From Geosiphon pyriformis uo1 (taxonomy: Eukaryota > Fungi > Glomeromycota): DNA of 64,000 bases. The stretch is taken from positions 1,867,538-1,931,537 of the forward strand of contig JAAOMT010000128.1 of assembly GCA_016748015.1 (NCBI GenBank), read 5' to 3'. The notes under the pieces are model-generated. The model did no database searches. It was not told where the DNA came from and saw only the letters and a list, made by a program, of their open reading frames with translations. Of this stretch, positions 51,421 through 64,000 are shown in pieces. Made by a program: the position numbers and the translations under genes. Within the stretch, counting starts at the first letter, position 1, and each line of letters starts with the position of its first letter.

Positions 51421-52361
51421 ATAATAATTATAATAGAATTAAATATTATAATTAGTACAAGTAAAATAAAATTAGCATAAAAACAAATAAAATTAAAGTT
51501 TTATTTTTTGTAAAAAAAAAACTGACTTTAAAACATTAAAACTAGAACTAAAAACACTAGAAAAAAACTTTTTAACATTTTAAAAGAGTTGTTATTAAAC
51601 ATAATAAAGACTTGCAAAATTGTTTTTTGGCTAAACTAACTTTTTTAGTTATTATAAAATTTTTGGTTAAACTATATTAAAACTATTTTAAGTAGATCTT
51701 TTTAAAAAAACTTTAAAAGTAAAAAAATGTTTTTAAACACCAAAAAACTGATTAGCTATTATTTTATTTAAGAAAAGTACTTTTACAAAGCACTATCAAA
51801 CAGTTTTTATAGTTATAAATGCTTTATTAATAAAAATACTACCAGTTGTTTTAAAAAATAAAGAGATTACAACTTTTTTGTTTTTTGCTCTGGTTTTAAT
51901 CATAAAATTACAAAAGAGAAAGAGTTTTTCTTATTATTAAAAACTTTGAAGTAAGAGTACTTTTAAAAACTATAAAAAAAATAAGATTTGTTTTTTTAAT
52001 TGTGATTATAAAAAATAGAAAAATTTTTTATACTAATGTTAATAATAATAATAATATTATTAAAATCAAAGTATAATAACAAATAAAATAATACATTATT
52101 TTTATTTATAACAACTTTTATTTAATTAATTTTATAATAATATATTTTAAGTTTTAAAATTTGTAATTATTCGTAATTCAAAATGAAAAATTGCAATTTT
52201 TAATAAAAACAACAATTAATTATAATATTATATTCTCTAAAACTTTTAATTGAATTTTTTAATAATATCACAAATAGTGACTACCGTCACGTTTTATAAG
52301 TGTCAGTGAGTCAATCATTAGAAGTTAGGGCTAAAACAAAATTTTGGTTTGCCCGCATAAT

Positions 52362-55258
52362 ATGGTCGAGATAACATTAGCCGCACAAGCGCGTCTGCAA
52401 AGACGTCGATTGCTTTGGCGAGCTCTAAAAACTTGGGTTCCTAGACTTCGGTAAGTCGTTGCTCAGTGCTTTAGCCTCAGTTTAAAACCGTTTCGACATA
52501 GTGTCAAACTTGCTTTAGCTTTCTTTTATATGCCGTCGGGGTTGGTTGGCTTTTCATCCTCCCTTCCGACCAGTACAACAAACACACTTACATTTCAGAA
52601 AACGCCCTGTTACCCGGACAGGTTTGCATAAAATCTGACGCTGTTGCCGCTTGAATAAGGACTAATTTTAACTAATGTTCTTGTACTGTGGTTTGTCCTA
52701 GGTTAACACTCATTATAGCTGGCCCCAGGTACACGAAGCCAACGTTTATCGCGAAAATATCAAGTCTTTCTCAAATTCGAGCTTTGAGTCAGTTCTTTTA
52801 CTTTTTGCATTTGTTTTTTATATTTCGCTACCACAAAATCTCATGTATCAAATATAAATGATATATATCACGAGGGCAGACGCTTTGCGTACGTCGAAGC
52901 CGAATTGCGTAAAGCAGGACTCAAGACTGGGAAACAAAATTTCACTGTTGAAACCTCTGGAAAGGTAGTAGGTTCACTTTATATATTTGATTGACGGCAA
53001 CTAAAGCAATCATTTTCATTATTAGGTCATCTCCGGAGTTAATGTTTTTGGGATAATCACTGCACCACGTGGTGACGGAACTGAAGCTCTAGTGTTGAGT
53101 GCTCCTTGGGTTTCCAAGGACGGTCTGACAGGTAAAGGATGAAATCAAAAATTTGAAAAGACTTTATTTCTTAATTAATTCCAACTCTAACTTGTCTTAT
53201 CTGCTCAGTTAATATAAATGGTGTTGCTGCCGTTCTCTCGATCGGGAGTTTTTTCCAAAGTACAGGTTCATTACCCATTATCAAACTTCAATTCCCCCGA
53301 GTATCTTTTGATTTTTCCGCTATTCGCGCATTATTAATTTTGACAATAGTTTTTGAAACCCTGTGAGAACACACATATTGGTCAAAGGATATTATTATCC
53401 TAATTACGGATGGCGGTGAGATTGGCGTACAAGCATGGCTCGAATCATACCATGATTATCATCGCTCTGGTGAGAACTTCTTTTTTTCTCTTAGTTTCCA
53501 GTATATAAAGATCTTCTATACATTAACTCATGGACTATTTGAAGATATCGTTGCTTGCCCTTTATTGTTGCGTTCGGGAGTGATCCAAGCTGCGGTTAAT
53601 TTAGATTTGCCTGGAACGAACGATTATCGAGCCTTAGGAATTTTCTATGGTATTACTGTAATAGAGGAATTCGTTCAAATCCCTCTTTCAATTTTAACTC
53701 ACAATTAAAATTTAATTTAGAGGGCGTGAATGGACAACTTCCTAACCTTGATTTAATAAACACTATTGTACGCATTACTCGAGTTTCCTTCCATATTCCA
53801 ATAATGCTACACGATAGCGGGCATATATATTGGGTGAACGATTACGGGGATTATTACTCTTCCTTGTATAATCTTGCCTTAACCATGAAATATCAAGCTT
53901 TAGGACATTCAACTGGAAGTCATGGTTTATTTCTCAGGTTAGAGAGTATTTGACACGTCCTTTATTTTTCGAAGTTAAGTACATAATGGTTACCTAACAG
54001 GTTAAAGTATATCCATATCAGGTATAAAATTGATGCTGTTACATTATATGGAAAAACTTTAGAAGGAACCTACCAGCCATTCATGTTTCTCGAGATTGGA
54101 ACGTAAGATACGATGAAAATATTTTTCCATTTTCAAATTAAATTATTACAATTGTATTTATCTTTTATTTGAACTGTAGAGTTGTTGAATCGACTTTTAG
54201 AAGTTTGAATAATTTACTGGAACATCTTCATCAATCCTTCTTTTTCTATCTTTTACCTTCACCTGAAACATATATTTCCATTGGCTCTTATTTGCCGCCT
54301 GCTATTTTGCTAGCTGTTGGATTGATTTTGCATATATCCTTTTTGAATTTATTGAGTTTTTATGGCGTTAAGCAAGAAAAGACAACTATACTTGACCCAT
54401 TAAACTTTTTAACGCTTTAGCATTATGGGGTTACACGGGGGATGAGCCGATAAACACAATTTCATTAAGTAATCAGCCACCAACATCAGAAAAAGTCATA
54501 AATTCTCAAGGAATCTCAATACCCACCCCATTTAATATACGCCCAAGGAGAATATTATTCCCACTAGTCGCATTGATCACCACTCATGCTGCTGGGATTT
54601 TCATCTTCTTTCTTGTAAAATATCATTTTTTATTCAAGAAAATTGCCAATTTTTTCTTTATTCAGGTAAGGAGGTTTCACAAGATTCTTTTTGCTTTATG
54701 ATTTTTTTTGGTTTCTATTCTCATTCCGAGAGTTTCTTGAAGGATTATTTGTTTGTTTTAGCATTATCAGGATATATAACATTAAAGGTTTCTTCTGTTC
54801 TTGTTTCCACAATGGAAAACCGCAATCGACTCAATGATCTATTGGAACTCAAATCACCACATGAGACTACAAATTCCACGAATGAACCAAATCTAAAGCC
54901 GGCTGCCGATTGGGTGGTAATAAAGTGCTTCACATTGGCTCTCACCGGAATGATCATAGCTTGTCTTTCGGTTCTCAATTTTAGTTTGGCCGTTTCAACT
55001 GCATTGATTGTGATCATTCCATTCTCGCTTTTTCGTCCACACGAAAAAAATATCATCAGATATTTACAGTTAGTATCTTTGGCGTTAATATCGCCCCCTG
55101 GGATTCTTTTTTTATCGGGTACAGATTTGGGCGAATTTTTGAAATCGGCATTGACGGAATATCAATTGCTGGGTAATTATTTGCTTCCCTTTACCTTTTG
55201 TCTCTATTGGCCTAATGTACTAGCATATATAGTGATTGTACAAGCACCCTTAAAGTAA
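52362..55258 (+). CDS. GAA1: GPI transamidase subunit Gaa1 (multi-exon)
   Basis: Spliced motifs TYISENALLPGQ, APRGDGTEALVL, YWSKDII, GVQAWLESYH, EGVNGQLPNLDLIN and RSLNNLLEHLHQSFFFYLL, followed by a multi-TM C-terminus. Exon 1 is 52362-52450 and exon 2 is 52519-52621. Some internal junctions are uncertain. Confidence 0.95.
54334..54413 (+). other. U12-type (AT-AC) minor intron in GAA1
   Basis: 5' ATATCCTTT, branch-like TACTTGAC (54389-54396), 3' AC. Removal gives in-frame ...LAVGLILH|ALALWG.... Confidence 0.85.
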
Positions 55259-56245
55259 TATTGAATCTGGGTTTGAAAATAACGCGTTACTTTAACGGTC
55301 AATCATAATAGTACTCAAAATACATGTCCCCCCCCCCCAAATCACTAACATACAAGAGGAACATAATAAACTAAAGCAGAAAAAGAGTTTTGAAGTTTCA
55401 ATGCCTATAGCTAGCAATGACTTTCCATGAAAGTCATCATCGCTGCTGCCACGACAGTTAAACGTATCTCCACAATTATCAGGTTCACAAAAAAAAGATT
55501 TAATTTAACTGTACACTCCTTATTTACGCAGGAGACAAAAGAGGTTCATCACCACTTTACAGCGATTTGTTAGTTCTTGATAGTCATAAAATTTACCACT
55601 TTAAATATTGTGTTGTAATAACACTTTGGGATTGAAATTGAGTAGTTTATTAAAGGCATAAACATTCAAAATTTATATATTTATTTTATATAAAATATTA
55701 TAATTTTTAATAAATTTTGTTCAAGATTTGATTAAAATATGGGTTAAAAATATTGAGATTCATTAAATAGTTTTTATGCATACTAAGTTTCTTTATTTTA
55801 TTTTAAGTGTGAATATTTGAATCTTTATTGCAAATAAAACAGGTGTATGTTATGGAGAACAAAAGGTTTGTGATGTAAACGCGTCTTTTCGTGTTGCTCG
55901 TGTTTTAAAAAGCAGACATGTATTTTATCGTGTTTCTATAACTTTGTATTATGAACAAGTATTTTATAATTCCAAGTCTTCATAATACCCATTAGTTCAT
56001 AAGTAATAGATGTAAAGAGCTGGGTTCAATATATTTCTACAATCTCACTGATTTTAATGTCGTCTGAATGCCAGATGAAAACGATCTGTTAAATTAATGA
56101 AATAACAGAAAAAATGTATACAGATCACGTCGGAACCTTAAGAGGTTTTAATTAGTATTATGGAAAAAGGATTTTGATAGTTTAGATGATTCAAGGTAAT
56201 ATCTAACTAAAAATTGTCAATGTTCTTTGCTATTTTTCTTTTGAA

Positions 56246-56880
56246 TTAAGTGGTTTCTCCTTGACGCCGTAGTCTCTCTAATACGTTTTCGAATCCTTGT
56301 CGCCCCTGCACGGAATTCTCTCGAAAACGGGCAACACAAAAGTCTTCCAAATAATTAGTAAATCGTGATATTGATTCACCACACTTAATTCGAGCTTCTT
56401 GTTGGAAAAGTGTCCTACGGTAGATGGCGTTTTTTTGAAGATCAATCAATTTAAGAACTAACTTAGCAATCCTTTCTAATAGATCCCTACCCTCCACTCC
56501 TAATTTTAAATTACTTACTTGCAGGGATCGTTTGGATCCTCTTTATATGTCACTGTCTCAGAGACATTGACTAAATGATTCATTGTAAGATTCGAACTGG
56601 TCATGCGTAATGTTTTATTTTTAGGATCGATTTCGCTTATTTCTCGGGCGTAGGAGACAGTTTCCTCTCCACAAAGCTTTAGTATCCATTTAGGGATATT
56701 CTGCTGACAAGTTATCAAACGTTCTGTTCGAAGAATGCCCGTTACCGGATCCACGTATCGATCCAGTACGTCAACAGCGACGACATGCGGACATTCTTCA
56801 TTTGGATATTTACGCCAGTTTGCGGCCGAAACGTATGACCAAGGATAGCGGAAAGTGTATGAGGTTTCAAAGAATTTCAT
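56246..56880 (-). CDS. UPS2: PRELI/MSF1 mitochondrial lipid-transfer protein, Ups2/PRELID3 type (exons 56519-56880 and 56246-56414; 176 aa)
   Basis: YPWSYVSAANWRKYPNE..PHVVAVDVL...TERLIT and TLFQQEA; a GT-AG intron restores the frame. Confidence 0.9.
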
Positions 56881-57336
56881 TTTTAAGTGTTTTCAGAGAT
56901 TTTTAAATTCTTCTGGGTAAGTCTTGGTTTAAAAAAAAATACTTTGGTAGTCAAAGTGGATTAGTGCCTTTGTTATATTTCAAGATTTTATTGAGAATTT
57001 TGATTTAGTAACCATTTGAAACTTTACCTTTAACTTTTAACGTGATCAGATTTTCAGCAAGGGAAATAAAAGATCCAATAAAATGTACAAGAGTATTTCG
57101 CAGCTTAAAGAAACAAAAGTCTGGAAGTAGGTGCAAATTATTGAGAAGAAATCAGATCAGAGATTTTTAATAAATTTATGGCTTCAAATTGATGGCAAAA
57201 TTCACATGTTTGTGAAACATTTTTGGTTAACTTAATTTAAGACTATTAAGTCTGTCCTAATAAAATTTGGAAGCCTTTTATTTTAAAAGTGCCCTTGGAA
57301 AGTAGAAGTTAGAAAGCACTTAAATAACATTAGCTC

Positions 57337-57798
57337 ATGCCACCACCTCATGATATATGTGCACGCGTCCAGAATGGGTTTTTGGCTCGCCTAAAAAGTA
57401 TTGCGATACCAGATACAAACATGAATCTGGCCATATGTAACATCCTCTATCAACAAGGATTTATATCATCGGTTAGACGCGGTAACCATCGTAAACCTGA
57501 CACTACTTTTACGTCAACCACACCATTGAACGTCGCGACTAGAAGACTATGGCTTGAGCTCAAATTTAGGGACAACCAGCCTGTTCTGCATAAGATGCGT
57601 TTAGTGAGCAAAAGCTCAAGAAGAATATACATGAATGTTGATGAAATTGTATCGTTATGTAGTGGCAGGCAGGCCAAATGGATATCATCATTACAACCTG
57701 GTGAAATTGCAATATTCAGCACAGACCGTGGTGTTTTGGAAGCTCGCGATGCTATTAAAGTTAATCGAGGCGGGGAATTTCTTTGCAGGGTTTTTTGA
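57337..57798 (+). CDS. MRPS8: Mitochondrial ribosomal protein uS8m
   Basis: DICARVQN, ILYQQGFISSV, RRLWLELKF, VSKSSRRIY, STDRGVLEA..A....GGEFLCRV; intronless, 153 aa. Confidence 0.93.
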   Translation: MPPPHDICARVQNGFLARLKSIAIPDTNMNLAICNILYQQGFISSVRRGNHRKPDTTFTSTTPLNVATRRLWLELKFRDNQPVLHKMRLVSKSSRRIYMNVDEIVSLCSGRQAKWISSLQPGEIAIFSTDRGVLEARDAIKVNRGGEFLCRVF

Positions 57799-58384
57799 GA
57801 ATTCCCGGGAATCTGATATCTTTTGTGGTAAGTGAGAATTTACTTGCAATTTTCATTTTGGTAAGCATAATTAATTTTTTAAATAATTTAAGGCATGGAT
57901 AAATTATTTAAAATATTCCAATATATTATCTAATAAGATTGGATTAATAGATATCGATTTCGAGAATTTGAATGACTTGGAGTTTTCATTGTATAATATA
58001 TCGCGTTATGATGAGAGAGATTAATTGCGATTTAAAATTGATAAAAGAAGCTTAAGGGTGAACATCTTTAAAACCCATCACTTAGCGATCCTACATTTTT
58101 TTCAAGTGCAGATGATAATCCCAATTGGTGCTACCTTCTGAAAATCTAATTGCAAAACAAAAAATAATTTACTGATTCCCTTTAAAACCATCCAATAACT
58201 GGGTGAAGATCAGCATTTTGAGTTTAAACTATATTCTGGATGTGCTGGTCGGGCATCAAGTGATTGAACTTTTGGATTTTTTAGCGTTTGCAGCTACCAC
58301 TTTCTAGAACAAAATATCTAAAAAACAATATAGTGGTTCGAGCAACTTCTTTGCTAGATTCAGCTTTCGCTGTTAAGGTTCTCT

Positions 58385-61300
58385 ATGACACCCACCAAGA
58401 TTCAAACCGACACTTACGACCTCTTTTTAAAGCAGATTTTAGAATCTGATACAGACGATGACTTTTTAAGAAACGAGGATTTTTTGAAAAATTTTCCTTT
58501 AGTATCCAATCACGGTGTCTCTGATGGACAATTCCCTCCAGAGTTGGAAGCTGCTCTGGAGGACAAAGTTCAGAGAGAGCAATATCTGAATGACTTAAAA
58601 AAGAGATTGGAAGCATGGAAAGCAGCAGGCTTGACAGACGCTATGAAAAGAGCTATTGAATTGTTGCATGATGGTAATGGAATGCCACCTGGAAATAATG
58701 GGGACGACGAAGAGGAGACAGATGGAAGGTTAGAATCTATTTTGGTTCCCACAATTTAAGGTGGCTATAGTAGCTATTGTGGAAAAAGCTTTAGATTTGG
58801 AGACTTAAAGAAAGCCGTGGTAAAATACTCTATAACCAACCTTGAGTCTTCTTTACACCTAAACATTTGATTCAAAGATCAAGGAGCATTAAGTTTCACC
58901 CAAAGCTTTTTTTCATTCTCTTTTTCAACTTAGTAATGACGAGCCATCCACTCCCACCACAGAATCCCTAGACTCTCAACCACCCCCAAAAATTGCCGAG
59001 GGGTCTATTTCGCGTCTCGGTATGCCTTACGTGAATGAGTAAATTATATTACCGCTTGTTTCGGCGTTACGTTTGCTCTTAAAGCTCAAAAAATATATAT
59101 TTCCTAGTCAACGGGGTTTCTTCACTCAACGATATCGAAAGTTGTTTTAATTCTCTACTTATCCCCGAGCTGGATCTTCCAACAACAGCTGAAAGCACAA
59201 TAAAATCGGTGCTCACAGAGTTATATAAACTTCAAGAAGATCTTCAGATTCATTTGCAAGGGGGTCCCTTGGCCGCACCATCCACTTTAGGCACTCAGCG
59301 CCTTAGGAAGGTTCAAGACCTTTTAGATAGGGTCATGAAAGAAGCGGCATTATATGAAGAATTTTCTAACAAAGGTATCTAAAATTGGTTCAATTTTCAT
59401 ATTAAACATTTTTTATTAAGACCCATTATAATTGATTTGAAATAGCACAACATTTGAATCTCGATCAAATATTGAATGAATCGGACGGCTCTAGTGAAGA
59501 TGAATATTTGGACTCTGAGACTCCGGATACAGAATCTGGACTGATATCATATGAGGTGTTATCTCTTAATTTTTTTTAATATTATGCTTTGTGATAACTT
59601 GATAAATAATTAGGTTTCGGCTTTTTAGGATTCGCAATCGGATGTATCACGGCGATCAATAACTAGTACTGTTACAAGCCCAATGTCTCCGCTTGCCTTA
59701 AAAGCAATTGATCCTAACCTTGCCAGACTGCGATCAATATCCTCCAATTCTATTACGTCAATGCAATCCCGTGCTTCATCATCTAAGCATTCAAATTCCT
59801 CTACCTTATCTGTATCTCCATTTGAAGATATGGGATCTAATACTCCCCCTGAACCATGGGAGGCATTCAAATGGGCACCTTTGAATAAAATTTCTGATCA
59901 CCTCTATTCTACTAGTGTTAGACAAAGTGCTGGATTACCCACTGTCCTAGCTGTATGATTAAATTTTCCAAAATTTCAAATTTCTATATTTCATGATTAC
60001 TTTTGATAAAGTCTTCGTTTTAATTCCAGGTAAGTGGAGTTATAGCAATAGGCACTACACGCGGGTTGATTCTTGTTTATGAGAAAACCAAACAGAATCT
60101 TAAATGTGTTCTTGGTACAACAACAGACGGTATTTTATCTATTTGAGCCTTTTTGGATTTCATTTGGTGCTTATTTCCACGAATACTTACTATCTTGCTC
60201 TCTTTACGAAAGCTCTTGAACATGGAGCCGTAACAGCGCTCGCTATTTCTACTGATCACTCGCAAATTGTCAGTGGTCATGCACAGGGTCACATTTTTAT
60301 TTGGGATTTAGCAAGGCCTAATAACCCTATGAGATCCATTCTACCAATTTCATCTGCGGTTGCTGCTGGTGGTAGAAAAGACGGCCACATTAAGGGTTCA
60401 GCTATATTACATGTTGACTTCATAGGTGTGAGGAAAAACGGCATCGTTTCTGGAGACGATCATGTGAGTTCCAAAAATTTTGCATTAATTCATATATTAT
60501 TATCAATATTTTTTAAACTTTTGTTTAATATTTAATTAAAATTATTTATGGGGCCTCAGGGAATGGCTTTTTACCACAACTTATATAAAGTTATGATGGT
60601 TAACGCCATCGAAACTAACCCCATTCTTGGACGTTACCCGGTTTCATTGTCATCATCCAGTACTCCCGTGGTATCGAAATCGAATAGAGCAAGCACTGTT
60701 TTTGGATTGGCTCCTTTACCTTTGGGACAGTTGCCCCATGGCTCTGAAGGCTTTGGACTTGTTGCAATGCTTACACCTTATAAAGTAATATGTTGAGAAT
60801 ATACACATGATATTTATTACGGTGAAGACGATAATTTCGCTAAACCCTTATCATATTTAGATGAGAATAATCAGCACAAAACCAACTATAAAAACCCAAT
60901 ACAAATGCCCTAGACCTAGGCATCATTCTTTAGACTCCTCCAGATCAATTTCAGGCTGTCTAGCGTGGTATCCTGCCACTAAGTATAAGTTGAATGCAGG
61001 TATTACGGTTTGACCCTGAATTCTCTTTATTTCTTCTTTATTCTCTATTCTCACTAAAAAGACGGAATTTTAATGGGTTTATAGGAGACTCTTCTATTAT
61101 CGAGACTGATCCATATCTCGCATTTTCTTGGGGAAATTATCTCACAATTCTAAAGGTTACTGTCACCCAAATTAATACGCTAGACTTACCTCAAAAACAT
61201 CGCCGTCACGATCGAGACATACAATTAGCATTTACAAAGATTGGAGATTGGAAGGGCAACAATGGGATAGTTGGTCTTCAATGGCTTTTACCTCACGTGA

Positions 61301-64000
61301 GTGCTTAAAAGTTGAATAGCCACGCATTTTCTAGAGGGCTAACAAATTTAACTTGAAAAAATATTTCAGGTTTTATTGATCTTAACCAATACCGAAGATA
61401 TTATCGTCTTTGATCCTAGACACATGAAAGAAAGTGAGCAAAACAATATTCGACGAAAATCCTTAGTTTATCATGATCGGTTTTTGATCGCTTTAAAAGA
61501 TTCCCCTGAAGTCGTACAATCACCCAATGACACAAATAAGTTGACGGTGGATTTAGGATATTATCACAGTTTGCGAGTCAACAAGTCTGCTGTATATTTA
61601 TTGGTGCGTGTTCTTTAACATTTTTTTGATATTTTGTTTTCTCTGCTATCAATTTCTTCCAATGTTTTCACAATTTTATAATAGGGAGTACGTCAATTGT
61701 TTGTTGGTACCCTATTGTCTTGGGCGGACCGTATCTTGGCTCATTTCACATCTGGTGACTTTTTAGAGGCCATTGCGCTCGCTACTTCATTTTATGATGG
61801 AACATCCCCTCAAACAATACTCGGTTTGCCAGACGAAGAGGAAAGCCGTCACGCTCTTGTGGGTGAGAAACTTATGGAGCTTTTAGTGGCTTCTTTAAAT
61901 TATGCTTTTTCCGCTGGCGGGACAGCATATTTTCGCGAATTGGCAGTCAAGTGTATTGAAGCATGCCTTAGCATGCACAAAGAAGACTTCATCTTTAGTG
62001 ATGTATATGAGCGGTATTCGAATGCTTCCGTAACAGGGATCTTACTTGAGGAACTCGAACCTTACATTATAAAAGATAAAATTCGAGATTTACCTCCAGA
62101 AATAATGAAAGATCTGGTTTCGCATTATCAAAAACATCGCATGTTGGCACGGGTTGAAGAATGTATATGGCACATTAACCCACTATGTTTGGATATTGAT
62201 CAAGTTGTCCAACTATGTTCTAGTGAAGGTCTATATGATGCATATATTTATGTATATAATCGCTCGATGGTGGACTATGTTAGTCCAGCGGTTGAGCTCG
62301 TTGTTTTGATCCGGAAAATATTGATCTTGGAAAAACCAAAACGCCGAAAACACCGACTTTCAATGGGAGGTGCAACAGATCATGGCTTACAAGTCGAAGA
62401 TATAGAAACCATGAAATCGAACGCTCGAAAATTTTACACATATCTTAAAAACATTCTTACTGGACGTACATATCCAAATGGAGCCCCCCTAAATGAGATC
62501 GAAGCGAATGAGGCGCGCACGACACTCTACTCGTTCGTCTTTTCAGGTCGTTGTGTTGTCTGGCCCAGACATGGTGGGGATCTTATCTTGACAGCCGAAG
62601 ATGAGAAGCATGGCGCTGAGCCTACATATCCATATCTACGATTGTTCCTGCGATTTGATACTCAGGCGTTTCTCCAATCTTTAGAATCGGCTTTCGAAGA
62701 TTCTTACCTCAACGGAGTTGAGATAAATACGAGTAATGATGAATATTACGAAGAGGAAGATGTACCAGGAAAAATAATCAACCGACAATTACTAGTAAAT
62801 ATTTTGCTTGAAGTAATGACCTCAAGCTCTGCAGAACATTCCGAATTTACCCCTTCCGACATATCTTATATATACTGTTTCGTGTCTCGAAACCTTCCCA
62901 AATATCCCCAATTTCTCCTATTACCACCATCAACCATTCAACATATTTTAATAAAACTCGGTATGGATAATGATCCTCGTACGCGAGAAGAACGCCAGTT
63001 TGCAGTTGAATGCTTGCTCTCAATATACAATCCTGATAACGAAGATCGCATGGTTGCCCTCTACGAGAACGCCGGATTTTGGCGGGTTTTAGAACATGTG
63101 TATAAGGCTGATAAAAAGTATGGATTGCTTGTAACAACCTACCTGAAAGATGCTGATCGAAGAAAAGAAGTATTCCAATGTATCAGAGGGCTATTGGATC
63201 CCAATTGTGGGCTAACGCAAAGTCAACGTGATGAAGTGTCTGCTACTGTCATGTCAATGATTGCTGATATTGTCAATATCGACGGTGAAAAAACGGCGCA
63301 GTTAATCCAAATCTATTTTAATCGTGATCATCAGAATGTAATCGCAAATTTGGAATCTTCTCCAATACTTCTTTTCACGTATCTAAGAGGACTTTTAGAG
63401 CCTCTGCAAGATATTTTAAACGCAGAAGACCCAGATTTTGTCCCGGATGTCGAAGAACAAATCATTTGTGCTGATAAAACCACAGATTTAACATTTATTG
63501 GACCAGAAATCCATGAACAGTACATCGCGCTCATGTGCAAATTCGACCCTACTGGTGTATATCACTACCTTCAAACACACCAAGAAAACACATACAGACT
63601 TGAGAAGGTACTGCTTATATGTGAAGCTGCGGGTATCGTAGACTCTGTTGTTTGGATCTTGGAGCGAAGTGGAAATGCTTTAGGTGCGCTTGATAAAGTA
63701 TTGCAAATCGTTCAAGGAAAAAAGCAAGATATTCTCGATCTCGTAGAAGAAAAAAAAAATACCATGAATGAGAGATGGACATTGCATGAAAAATCTAGAG
63801 TGGATCAATCTTTGATGAAGTTAAAAGGTGTGCTTAAAATAGGCATAATGTTATGTGAGAATAGTTGCCGAAGAGCAACAATGTCAAATAATGGCAGTGA
63901 AATTGCTTCAACTTCTGTTATACCGTTACCTAATCGTACAAATGAAAGTGAAACTGAGATTTTATGGTTCAAACTTCTTGATTCATTTTTGGGCGCCACT
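58385..64000 (+). CDS. VPS8: CORVET subunit Vps8 (multi-exon, 3' end beyond window)
   Basis: GLPTVLAVSGVIAIGTTRGLILVY, GAVTALAISTDHSQIVSGHAQGHIFIWDL and LAFSWG. A long exon from 61685 reads LLSWADRILAHFTSGDFLEAIALATSFYDG and continues into a helical repeat region. The start and first exons are less certain. Confidence 0.88.

Noticed and set aside
51530-51810. Eroded MITE/Harbinger-like element (AAAGCACTATCAAACAG)
   Set aside because: No partner terminal inverted repeat or TSD is identifiable; too degraded to support.
52325-52330. TTAGGG telomeric or telo-box motif before GAA1
   Set aside because: Single hexamer, expected by chance.
53300-53370. Second U12 intron in GAA1 (GTATCTTT at ~53300)
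   Set aside because: No compatible phase, acceptor or branch site. The exact acceptor near 53367 (possibly GAG) needs RNA-seq.
57450-63999. Antisense ORFs overlapping MRPS8 and VPS8, and the many opposite-strand ORFs in the TEs
   Set aside because: Shadow frames of real coding sequence with no recognisable motifs.

Overview
Eukaryotic, almost certainly fungal DNA. The gene style and TE families suggest Glomeromycota/Mucoromycota and resemble Geosiphon-type repeats; this is inference from recall, not a search result. Positions 1 to ~52,250 are a nested graveyard of retrotransposons. There are three Ty3/Gypsy LTR elements from three families: two complete with LTR pairs and 4-bp TSDs, one cut by the window edge. 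There are also three full-length RNase H-bearing LINEs and several eroded LINE/LTR ghosts. All are CpG-depleted and broken by C>T/G>A changes. From ~52,280 the DNA switches abruptly to a compact, CpG-normal housekeeping cluster: GAA1 (with an AT-AC U12 intron), UPS2-type PRELI, mitochondrial uS8 and VPS8 (truncated by the window). The best leads are: (1) the PBSs fit an elongator tRNA-Met primer, all three Gypsy families carry U5 boxes complementary to that tRNA's anticodon arm, and two also carry a U5 tRNA-3'-end mimic that can fold onto the PBS, suggesting an extended priming or switch architecture; (2) a soluble third ORF in the env position of all three elements; (3) a Cys-rich region plus dUTPase between protease and RT in two families; (4) AUGA stop-start coupling and a structured 3' UTR in the LINEs; (5) RIP-like transition hypermutation extending beyond CpG.
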